In this document: positions 1 to 12,300 of the stretch, in pieces
Position numbering within the stretch: position 1 is the stretch's first letter
Layout: each line of letters begins with the position of its first letter
NCBI GenBank assembly: GCA_964016885.1
Contig: CAXHJY010000889.1
Coordinates: 1-64,000, forward strand
Length of the DNA stretch: 64,000 nt
Direction: 5' to 3'
Origin: Eledone cirrhosa
Taxonomy: Eukaryota
The notes under the pieces: model-generated
Seen by the model: the letters and a program-made list of their open reading frames with translations, nothing else
Told to the model about the DNA's origin: nothing
The model's database searches: none
Position numbers and translations under genes: made by a program

Positions 1-1062
1 ATTTTTTTCGAAAAAACTAAAAAATCAGTTTTCGAAATCAGAAGTTAATATTTCGAAATATTGATTTTTTTTAGGTTTTTCGAAAACCTTATATAATTAA
101 TTTTTTTTATGTTTTTCGAAAAAGAGTTCATATATACTTCTGCATTAATCTTTTTACGTTTTTCGGTTTTTTTGCATGTAAATCTAAAAAAAACGTAACA
201 AATTAATGCTTTTACAAATCTTTCGAAATATCTACTTCCTGGTTTCAAATTTTGCAGATTAAACTTTTTTCGAAAAACCTAAAAAAATCAGTTTTCGAAA
301 TCAGAAGTTCATACTTCGAAAAACGCAATTTGAAAAACGCAATTTGAAAAACACATATTAATTTTTTTTCGAAAACTTTATATAATCAATTTTTTTATAC
401 TTTTAAAAATATTTATATCTGATTTCAAATATTGATTTTTTTAGGTTTTTCGGAACCTTATATAATCAATTTTTTTTAGGTGTTTATACTTCTGCATTAA
501 TCTTTTTACGTTATTCTGATTTTTTGCATATATCGAAATCTAAAAAAAACGTAAAAATTTAATGCTTTTACAAATCTTTCGAAATATTTACTTTCTGGTT
601 TCAAATTTTGCAGATTAAATTTTTTTCGAAAAACCTAAAAAAATCAGTTTTCGAAATCAGAAGTTAATATTTCGGAAAATGCAATTTGGAAAACGCATAT
701 TAATTTTTTTTCGAAAACCTTATATAATCGATTTTTTTATACTTTTAGAAATATTTATATCCGATTTCAAATATTGATTTTTTTAGGTTTTTCGAAAACC
801 TTATATAATCAATTTTTTTATACTTTTATATCTGATTTCAAATATTGATTTTTTTAGGTTTTTCGAAAACCTTATATAATCAATTTTTTTTAGTTTTTTC
901 TAAAAAGAGTTCATAGTCGAAATATATACTTCCGCATTAATCTTTTTACGTTTTTCTGATTTTTTGCATGTTTCGAAATCTAAAAAAAACGTAAAAAATT
1001 AATGCTTTTACAAATCTTTAGAAATATTTACTTTCTGGTTTCAAATTTTGCAGATTAAATTT

Positions 1063-1144
1063 TTTTCGAAAAACCTAAAAAATCAGTTTTCGAAATCAGA
1101 AGTTAATATTTCGAAATATTGATTTTTTTTAGGTTTTTCGAAAA
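1063..1144. repeat. ~35-bp imperfect inverted repeat spanning the satellite A monomer junction (example copy)
   Basis: The left arm 1063-1096 is TTTTCGAAAAACCTAAAAAATCAGTTTTCGAAAT, followed by an 11-nt spacer CAGAAGTTAAT. The reverse complement of the right arm 1108-1144 is TTTTCGAAAAACCTAAAAAAAATCAATATTTCGAAAT. It recurs at junctions entering a short monomer. Confidence 0.9.
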
Positions 1145-2762
1145 CATTATATAATTAATTTTTTTTATGTTTTTCGAAAAAGAGTTCATATATACTTCTG
1201 CATTAATCTTTTTACGTTTTTCGGTTTTTTTGCATGTAAATCTAAAAAAAAACGTAACAAATTAATGCTTTTACAAATCTTTCGAAATATCTACTTCCTG
1301 GTTTCAAATTTTGCAAATTAAACTTTTTTCGAAAAACCTAAAAAATCAGTTTTCGAAATCAGAAGGTAATACTTCGAAAAACACAATTTGAAAAACGCAA
1401 TTTGAAAAACACATATTAATTTTTTTTCGAAAACTTTATATAATCAATTTTTTTATACTTTTAAAAATATTTATATCTGATTTCAAATATTGATTTTTTT
1501 AGGTTTTTCGGAACCTTATATAATCAATTTTTTTTAGTTTTTTCGAAATATATACTTCTGCATTAATCTTTTTACGTTATTCTGATGTTTTGCATATTTC
1601 GAAATCTAAAAAAAATGTAAAAATTTAATGCTTTTACAAATCTTTAGAAATATTTACTTTCTGGTTTCAAATTTTGCAGATTAAATTTTTTTCGAAAAAC
1701 CTAAAAAAATCATTTTTTGAAATGAGAAGTTAATATTTCGGAAAATGCAATTTGGAAAACGCATATTAATTTTTTTTCGAAAACCTTATATAATCGATTT
1801 TTTTATACTTTTAGAAATATTTATATCCGATTTCAAATATTGATTTTTTTAGGTTTTTCGAAAACCTTATATAATCAATTTTTTAATACTTTTATATCTG
1901 ATTTTTTTATACTTTTATATCTGATTTCAAATATTGATTTTTTTAGGTCTTTCGAAAACCTTATATAATCAAATTTTTTTAGTTTTTTCGAAAAAGAGTT
2001 CATAGTCGAAATATATACTTCCGCATTAATCTTTTTACGTTTTTCTGATTTTTTGCATGTTTCGAAATCTAAAAAGACCGTAAAAAATTAATGCTTTTAC
2101 AAATCTTTAAAAATATTTACTTTCTGGTTTCAAATTTTGCAGATTAAATTTTTTTCGAAAAACCTAAAAAATCAGTTTTCGAAATCAGAAGTTAATATTT
2201 CGAAATATTGATTTTTTTTAGGTTTTTCGAAAACCTTATATAATTAATTTTTTTTAGGTTTTTCGAAAAAGAGTTCATATATACTTCTGCATTAATCTTT
2301 TTACGTTTTTCGGTTTTTTTGCATGTAAATCTAAAAAAAACCTAACAAATTAATGCTTTTACAAATCTTTCGAAATATCTACTTCCTGGTTTCAAATTTT
2401 GCAGATTAAACTTTTTTCGAAAAACCTAAAAAATCAGTTTTCGAAATCAGAAGTTAATATTTCGAAATATTGATTTTTTTTTAGGTTTTTCGAAAACCTT
2501 ATATAATTAATTTTTTTTAGGTTTTTCGAAAAAGAGTTCATATATACTTCTGCATTAATCTTTTTACGTTTTTCTGATTTTTTGCATGTTTCGAAATCTA
2601 AAAAAAACTTAAAAAATTAATGCTTTTACAAATCTTTAGAAATATTTACTTTCTGGTTTCAAATTTTGCAGATTAAATTTCTTTCCAAAAACCTAAAAAA
2701 ATCAGTTTTCGAAATCAGAAGTTAATATTTCGAAAAACGCAATTTGAAAAACGCATATTAAT

Positions 2763-2946
2763 TTTTTTTATACTTTTATATCTGATTTTTTTATACTTTT
2801 ATATCAGATTTTTTTATACTTTTATATCAGATTTTTTTATACTTTTATATCTGATTTTTTTATACTTTTATATCAGATTTTTTTATACTTTTATATCAGA
2901 TTTTTTTATACTTTTATATCTGATTTTTTTATACTTTTATATCTGA
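2763..2946. repeat. 23-bp minisatellite (8 units) nested in a satellite A monomer
   Basis: Unit TTTTTTTATACTTTTATATC(T/A)GA; 184 bp = 8 x 23. Confidence 0.95.
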
Positions 2947-5900
2947 TTTCAAATATTGATTTTTTTAGGTTTTTCGAAAACCTTATATAATCAATTTTTT
3001 TTAGTTTTTTCTAAAAAGAGTTCATAGTCGAAATATATACTTCCGCATTAATCTTTTTACGTCTTTCTGATTTTTTGCATGTTTCGAAATCTAAAAAAAA
3101 CGTAACAAATTAATGCTTTTACAAATCTTTCGAAATATCTACTTCCTGGTTTCAAATTTTGCAGATTAAACTTTTTTCGAAAAACCTAAAAAAATCAGTT
3201 TTCGAAATCAGAAGTTAATACTTCGAAAAACACAATTTGAAAAACGCAATTTGAAAAACACATATTAATTTTTTTTCGAAAACTTTATATAATCAATTTT
3301 TTTATACTTTTAAAAATATTTATATCTGATTTCAAATATTGATTTTTTTAGGTTTTTCGAAACCTTATATAATCAATTTTTTTTAGTTTTTTCGAAATAT
3401 ATACTTCTGCATTAATCTTTTTACGTTATTCTGATATTTTGCATATTTCGAAATCTAAAAAAAATGTAAAAATTTAATGCTTTTACAAATCTTTAGAAAT
3501 ATTTACTTTCTGGTTTCAAATTTTGCAGATTAAATTTTTTTCGAAAAACCTAAAAAAATCATTTTTTGAAATGAGAAGTTAATATTTCGGAAAATGCAAT
3601 TTGGAAAACGCATATTAATTTTTTTTCGAAAACCTTATATAATCGATTTTTTTATACTTTTAGAAATATTTATATCCGATTTCAAATATTGATTTTTTTA
3701 GGTTTTTCGAAAACCTTATATAATCAATTTTTTAATACTTTTATATCTGATTTTTTTATACTTTTATATCTGATTTCAAATATTGATTTTTTTAGGTCTT
3801 TCGAAAACCTTATATAATCAAATTTTTTTAGTTTTTTCTAAAAAGAGTTCATAGTCGAAATATATACTTCCGCATTAATCTTTTTACGTTTTTCTGATTT
3901 TTTGCATGTTTCGAAATCTAAAAAAACCGTAAAAAATTAATGCTTTTACAAATCTTTAGAAATATTTACTTTCTGGTTTCAAATTTTGCAGATTAAATTT
4001 TTTTCGAAAAACCTAAAAAATCAGTTTTCGAAATCAGAAGTTAATATTTCGAAATATTGATTTTTTTTAGGTTTTTCGAAAACCTTATATAATTAATTTT
4101 TTTTAGGTTTTTCGAAAAAGAGTTCATATATACTTCTGCATTAATCTTTTTACGTTTTTCGGTTTTTTTGCATGTAAATCTAAAAAAAACGTAACAAATT
4201 AATGCTTTTACAAATCTTTCGAAATATCTACTTCCTGGTTTCAAATTTTGCAGATTAAACTTTTTTCGAAAAACCTAAAAAAATCAGTTTTGGAAATCAG
4301 AAGTTAATATTTCGAAAAACGCAATTTGAAAAACGCAATTTGAAAAACACATATTAATTTTTTTTCGAAAACTTTATATAATCAATTTTTTTATACTTTT
4401 AAAAATATTTATATCTGATTTCAAATATTGATTTTTTTAGGTTTTTCGGAACCTTATATAATCAATTTTTTTTAGGTTTTTCGAAATATATACTTCTGCA
4501 TTAATCTTTTTACGTTATTCTGATTTGCATATTTCGAAATCTAAAAAAAACGTAAAAAATTGATTTTACAAATAATCAATTTTTTTATACTTTTAGAAAT
4601 ATTTATATCTTATTTCAAATAATGATTTTTTAGGTTTTTCGAAAAAATTGATTATATAAATAATCAATTTTTTTTAGGTTTTTCGAAAAAAGAATGACTG
4701 TGAGTCATAGTCGAAATATATACTTCTGTATTAATCTTTTTACGTTTTTCAGATTTTTTGCATGTTTCGAAATCTAAAAAAAACGTAAAAAATTAATGCT
4801 TTTACAAATCTTTAGAAATATTTACTTTCTGGTTTCAAATTTTGCAGATTAAATTTTTTTCGAAAAACCTAAAAAAATCAGTTTTCGAAATCAGAAGTTA
4901 ATATTTCGGAAAATGCAATTTGGAAAACGCATATTAATTTTTTTTCGAAAACCTTATATAATCAATTTTTTTATACTTTTATATCTGATTTCAAATATTG
5001 ATTTTTTTAGGTTTTTCGAAAACCTTATATAATCAATTTTTTTTAGTTTTTTCGAAAAAGAGTTCATAGTCGAAATATATACTTCCGCATTAATCTTTTT
5101 ACGTTTTTCTGATTTTTTGCATGTTTCGAAATCTAACAAAAACCGTAAAAAATTAATGCTTTTACAAATCTTTAGAAATATTTACTTTCTGGTTTCAAAT
5201 TTTGCAGATTAAATTTTTTTCGAAAAACCTAAAAAATCAGTTTTCGAAATCAGAAGTTAATATTTCGAAATATTGATTTTTTTTAGGTTTTTCGAAAACC
5301 TTATATAATTAATTTTTTTTATGTTTTTCGAAAAAGAGTTCATATATACTTCTGCATTAATCTTTTTACGTTTTTCGGTTTTTTTGCATGTAAATCTAAA
5401 AAAAACGTAACAAATTAATGCTTTTACAAATCTTTCGAAATATCTACTTCCTGGTTTCAAATTTTGCAGATTAAACTTTTTTCGAAAAACCTAAAAAAAT
5501 CAGTTTTCGAAATCAGAAGTTAATACTTCGAAAAACGCAATTTGAAAAACGCAATTTGAAAAACACATATTAATTTTTTTTCGAAAACTTTATATAATCA
5601 ATTTTTTTATACTTTTAAAAATATTTATATCTGATTTCAAATATTGATTTTTTTAGGTTTTTCGGAACCTTATATAATCAATTTTTTTTAGGTGTTTCGA
5701 AATATATACTTCTGCATTAATCTTTTTACGTTATTCTGATTTTTTGCATATATCGAAATCTAAAAAAAACGTAAAAATTTAATGCTTTTACAAATCTTTA
5801 GAAATATTTACTTTCTGGTTTCAAATTTTGCAGATTAAATTTTTTTCGAAAAACCTAAAAAATCAGTTTTCGAAATCAGAAGTTAATATTTCGAAATATT

Positions 5901-8051
5901 GATTTTTTTTAGGTTTTTCGAAAACCTTATATAATTAATTTTTTTTATGTTTTTCGAAAAAGAGTTCATATATACTTCTGCATTAATCTTTTTGCGTTTT
6001 TCGGTTTTTTTGCATGTAAATCTAAAAAAAACGTAACAAATTAATGCTTTTACAAATCTTTCGAAATATCTACTTCCTGGTTTCAAATTTTGCAGATTAA
6101 ACTTTTTTCGAAAAACCTAAAAAAATCAGTTTTCGAAATCAGAAGTTAATACTTCGAAAAACGCAATTTGAAAAACACATATTAATTTTTTTTCGAAAAC
6201 TTTATATAATCAATTTTTTTATACTTTTAAAAATATTTATATCTGATTTCAAATATTGATTTTTTTAGGTTTTTCGGAACCTTATATAATCAATTTTTTT
6301 TAGGTTTTTCGAAATATATACTTCTGCATTAATCTTTTTACGTTATTCTGATTTTTTGCATATTTCGAAATCTAAAAAAAACGTAAAAATTTAATGCTTT
6401 TACAAATCTTTCGAAATATTTACTTTCTGGTTTCAAATTTTGTAGATTAAATTTTTTTAGAAAAACCTAAAAAAATCAGTTTTCGAAATCAGAAGTTAAT
6501 ATTTCGGAAAATGCAATTTGGAAAACGCATATTAATTTTTTTTCGAAAACCTTATATAATCGATTTTTTTTATACTTTTAGAAATATTTATATCCGATTT
6601 CAAATATTGATTTTTTTAGGTTTTTCGAAAACCTTATATAATCAATTTTTTTATACTTTTATATCTGATTTTTTTATACTTTTATATCTGATTTCAAATA
6701 TTGATTTTTTTAGGTCTTTCGAAAACCTTATATAATCAAATTTTTTTAGTTTTTTCGAAAAAGAGTTCATAGTCGAAATATATACTTCCGCATTAATCTT
6801 TTTACGTTTTTCTGATTTTTTGCATGTTTCGAAATATAAAAAGACCGTAAAAAATTAATGCTTTTACAAATCTTTAGAAATATTTACTTTCTGGTTTCAA
6901 ATTTTGCAGATTAAATTTTTTTCGAAAAACCTAAAAAATCAGTTTTCGAAATCAGAAGTTAATATTTCGAAATATTGATTTTTTTTTAGGTTTTTCGAAA
7001 ACCTTATATAATTAATTTTTTTTAGGTTTTTCGAAAAAGAGTTCATATATACTTCTGCATTAATCTTTTTACGTTTTTCTGATTTTTTGCATGTTTCGAA
7101 ATCTAAAAAAAACTTTAAAAATTAATGCTTTTACAAATCTTTAGAAATATTTACTTTCTGGTTTCAAATTTTGCAGATTAAATTTCTTTCCAAAAACCTA
7201 AAAAAATCAGTTTTCGAAATCAGAAGTTAATATTTCGAAAAACGCAATTTGAAAAACGCATATTAATTTTTTTTATACTTTTATATCTGATTTTTTTATA
7301 CTTTTATATCAGATTTTTTTATACTTTTATATCAGATTTTTTTATACTTTTATATCTGATTTTTTTATACTTTTATATCTGATTTCAAATATTGATTTTT
7401 TTAGGTTTTTCGAAAACTTTATATAATCAATTTTTTTTAGTTTTTTCTAAAAAGAGTTCATAGTCGAAATATATACTTCCGCATTAATCTTTTTACGTTT
7501 TTCGGTTTTTTTGCATGTAAATCTAAAAAAAACGTAACAAATTAATGCTTTTACAAATCTTTCGAAATATCTACTTCCTGGTTTCAAATTTTGCAGATTA
7601 AACTCTTTTCGAAAAACCTAAAAAAATCAGTTTTCGAAATCAGAAGTTAATACTTCGAAAAACACAATTTGAAAAACGCAATTTGAAAAACACATATTAA
7701 TTTTTTTTCGAAAACTTTATATAATCAATTTTTTTATACTTTTAAAAATATTTATATCTGATTTCAAATATTGATTTTTTTAGGTTTTTCGAAACCTTAT
7801 ATAATCAATTTTTTTTAGTTTTTTCGAAATATATACTTCTGCATTAATCTTTTTACGTTATTCTGATGTTTTGCATATTTCGAAATCTAAAAAAAATGTA
7901 AAAATTTAATGCTTTTACAAATCTTTAGAAATATTTACTTTCTGGTTTCAAATTTTGCAGATTAAATTTCTTTCCAAAAACCTAAAAAAATCAGTTTTCG
8001 AAATCAGAAGTTAATATTTCGAAAAACGCAATTTGAAAAACGCATATTAAT

Positions 8052-8235
8052 TTTTTTTATACTTTTATATCTGATTTTTTTATACTTTTATATCAGATTT
8101 TTTTATACTTTTATATCAGATTTTTTTATACTTTTATATCTGATTTTTTTATACTTTTATATCAGATTTTTTTATACTTTTATATCAGATTTTTTTATAC
8201 TTTTATATCTGATTTTTTTATACTTTTATATCTGA
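8052..8235. repeat. 23-bp minisatellite (8 units) nested in a satellite A monomer
   Basis: Same unit and same variant order (T,A,A,T,A,A,T,T) as 2763-2946. Confidence 0.95.
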
Positions 8236-9328
8236 TTTCAAATATTGATTTTTTTAGGTTTTTCGAAAACCTTATATAATCAATTTTTTTTAGTTTTTTC
8301 TAAAAAGAGTTCATAGTCGAAATATATACTTCCGCATTAATCTTTTTACGTCTTTCTGATTTTTTGCATGTTTCGAAATCTAAAAAAAACGTAACAAATT
8401 AATGCTTTTACAAATCTTTCGAAATATCTACTTCCTGGTTTCAAATTTTGCAGATTAAACTTTTTTCGAAAAACCTAAAAAAATCAGTTTTCGAAATCAG
8501 AAGTTAATACTTCGAAAAACACAATTTGAAAAACGCAATTTGAAAAACACATATTAATTTTTTTTCGAAAACTTTATATAATCAATTTTTTTATACTTTT
8601 AAAAATATTTATATCTGATTTCAAATATTGATTTTTTTAGGTTTTTCGAAACCTTATATAATCAATTTTTTTTAGTTTTTTCGAAATATATACTTCTGCA
8701 TTAATCTTTTTACGTTATTCTGATATTTTGCATATTTCGAAATCTAAAAAAAATGTAAAATTTAATGCTTTTACAAATCTTTAGAAATATTTACTTTCTG
8801 GTTTCAAATTTTGCAGATTAAATTTTTTTCGAAAAACCTAAAAAAATCATTTTTTGAAATGAGAAGTCAATATTTCGGAAAATGCAATTTGGAAAACGCA
8901 TATTAATTTTTTTTCGAAAACCTTATATAATCGATTTTTTTATACTTTTAGAAATATTTATATCCGATTTCAAATATTGATTTTTTTAGGTTTTTCGAAA
9001 ACCTTATATAATCAATTTTTTAATACTTTTATATCTGATTTTTTTATACTTTTATATCTGATTTCAAATATTGATTTTTTTAGGTCTTTCGAAAACCTTA
9101 TATAATCAAATTTTTTTAGTTTTTTCGAAAAAGAGTTCATAGTCGAAATATATACTTCCGCATTAATCTTTTTACGTTTTTCTGATTTTTTGCATGTTTC
9201 GAAATCTAAAAAAACCGTAAAAAATTAATGCTTTTACAAATCTTTAGAAATATTTACTTTCTGGTTTCAAATTTTGCAGATTAAATTTTTTTCGAAAAAC
9301 CTAAAAAATCAGTTTTCGAAATCAGAAG

Positions 9329-12300
9329 TTAATATTTCGAAATATTGATTTTTTTTAGGTTTTTCGAAAACCTTATATAATTAATTTTTTTTAGGTTTTT
9401 CGAAAAAGAGTTCATATATACTTCTGCATTAATCTTTTTACGTTTTTCGGTTTTTTTGCATGTAAATCTAAAAAAAACGTAACAAATTAATGCTTTTACA
9501 AATCTTTCGAAATATCTACTTCCTGGTTTCAAATTTTGCAGATTAAACTTTTTTCGAAAAACCTAAAAAAATCAGTTTTGGAAATCAGAAGTTAATATTT
9601 CGAAAAACGCAATTTGAAAAACGCAATTTGAAAAACACATATTAATTTTTTTTCGAAAACTTTATATAATCAATTTTTTTATACTTTTAAAAATATTTAT
9701 ATCTGATTTCAAATATTGATTTTTTTAGGTTTTTCGGAACCTTATATAATCAATTTTTTTTAGGTTCTTCGAAATATATACTTCTGCATTAATCTTTTTA
9801 CGTTATTCTGATTTGCATATTTCGAAATCTAAAAAAAACGTAAAAAATTGATTTTACAAATAATCAATTTTTTTATACTTTTAGAAATATTTATATCTTA
9901 TTTCAAATAATGATTTTTTAGGTTTTTCGAAAAAATTGATTATATAAATAATCAATTTTTTTTAGGTTTTTCGAAAAAAGAATGACTGTGAGTCATAGTC
10001 GAAATATATACTTCTGTATTAATCTTTTTACGTTTTTCAGATTTTTTGCATGTTTCGAAATCTAAAAAAAACGTAAAAAATTAATGCTTTTACAAATCTT
10101 TAGAAATATTTACTTTCTGGTTTCAAATTTTGCAGATTAAATTTTTTTCGAAAAACCTAAAAAAATCAGTTTTCGAAATCAGAAGTTAATATTTCGGAAA
10201 ATGCAATTTGGAAAACGCATATTAATTTTTTTTCGAAAACCTTATATAATCGATTTTTTTATACTTTTAGAAATATTTATATCCGATTTCAAATATTGAT
10301 TTTTTTAGGTTTTTCGAAAACCTTATATAATCAATTTTTTTATACTTTTATATCTGATTTCAAATATTGATTTTTTTAGGTTTTTCGAAAACCTTATATA
10401 ATCAATTTTTTTTAGTTTTTTCGAAAAAGAGTTCATAGTCGAAATATATACTTCCGCATTAATCTTTTTACGTTTTTCTGATTTTTTGCATGTTTCGAAA
10501 TCTAACAAAAACCGTAAAAAATTAATGCTTTTACAAATCTTTAGAAATATTTACTTTCTGGTTTCAAATTTTGCAGATTAAATTTTTTTCGAAAAACCTA
10601 AAAAATCAGTTTTCGAAATCAGAAGTTAATATTTCGAAATATTGATTTTTTTTAGGTTTTTCGAAAACCTTATATAATTAATTTTTTTTATGTTTTTCGA
10701 AAAAGAGTTCATATATACTTCTGCATTAATCTTTTTACGTTTTTCGGTTTTTTTGCATGTAAATCTAAAAAAAACGTAACAAATTAATGCTTTTACAAAT
10801 CTTTCGAAATATCTACTTCCTGGTTTCAAATTTTGCAGATTAAACTTTTTTCGAAAAACCTAAAAAAATCAGTTTTCGAAATCAGAAGTTAATACTTCGA
10901 AAAACGCAATTTGAAAAACGCAATTTGAAAAACACATATTAATTTTTTTTCGAAAACTTTATATAATCAATTTTTTTATACTTTTAAAAATATTTATATC
11001 TGATTTCGAATATTGATTTTTTTAGGTTTTTCGGAACCTTATATAATCAATTTTTTTTAGGTGTTTCGAAATATATACTTCTGCATTAATCTTTTTACGT
11101 TATTCTGATTTTTTGCATATATCGAAATCTAAAAAAAACGTAAAAATTTAATGCTTTTACAAATCTTTAGAAATATTTACTTTCTGGTTTCAAATTTTGC
11201 AGATTAAATTTTTTTCGAAAAACCTAAAAAAATCAGTTTTCGAAATCAGAAGTTAATATGCAATTTGGAAAACGCATATTAATTTTTTTTCGAAAACCTT
11301 ATATAATCGATTTTTTTATACTTTTAGAAATATTTATATCCGATTTCAAATATTGATTTTTTTAGGTTTTTCGAAAACCTTATATAATCAATTTTTTTAT
11401 ACTTTTATATCTGATTTCAAATATTGATTTTTTTAGGTTTTTCGAAAACCTTATATAATCAATTTTTTTTAGTTTTTTCTAAAAAGAGTTCATAGTCGAA
11501 ATATATACTTCCGCATTAATCTTTTTACGTTTTTCTGATTTTTTGCATGTTTCGAAATCTAAAAAAAACGTAAAAAATTAATGCTTTTACAAATCTTTAG
11601 AAATATTTACTTTCTGGTTTCAAATTTTGCAGATTAAATTTTTTTCGAAAAACCTAAAAAATCAGTTTTCGAAATCAGAAGTTAATATTTCGAAATATTG
11701 ATTTTTTTTAGGTTTTTCGAAAACCTTATATAATTAATTTTTTTTATGTTTTTCGAAAAAGAGTTCATATATACTTCTGCATTAATCTTTTTGCGTTTTT
11801 CGGTTTTTTTGCATGTAAATCTAAAAAAAACGTAACAAATTAATGCTTTTACAAATCTTTCGAAATATCTACTTCCTGGTTTCAAATTTTGCAGATTAAA
11901 CTTTTTTCCAAAAACCTAAAAAAATCAGTTTTCGAAATCAGAAGTTAATACTTCGAAAAACGCAATTTGAAAAACACATATTAATTTTTTTTCGAAAACT
12001 TTATATAATCAATTTTTTTATACTTTTAAAAATATTTATATCTGATTTCAAATATTGATTTTTTTAGGTTTTTCGGAACCTTATATAATCAATTTTTTTT
12101 AGGTTTTTCGAAATATATACTTCTGCATTAATCTTTTTACGTTATTCTGATTTTTTGCATATTTCGAAATCTAAAAAAAACGTAAAAATTTAATGCTTTT
12201 ACAAATCTTTCGAAATATTTACTTTCTGGTTTCAAATTTTGTAGATTAAATTTTTTTCGAAAAACCTAAAAAAATCAGTTTTCGAAATCAGAAGTTAATA

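Noticed and set aside
249-258. TTTTGCAG splice-acceptor-like and TATATAA TATA-like motifs in each monomer
   Set aside because: Expected by chance in such AT-rich sequence; no exon or gene context.
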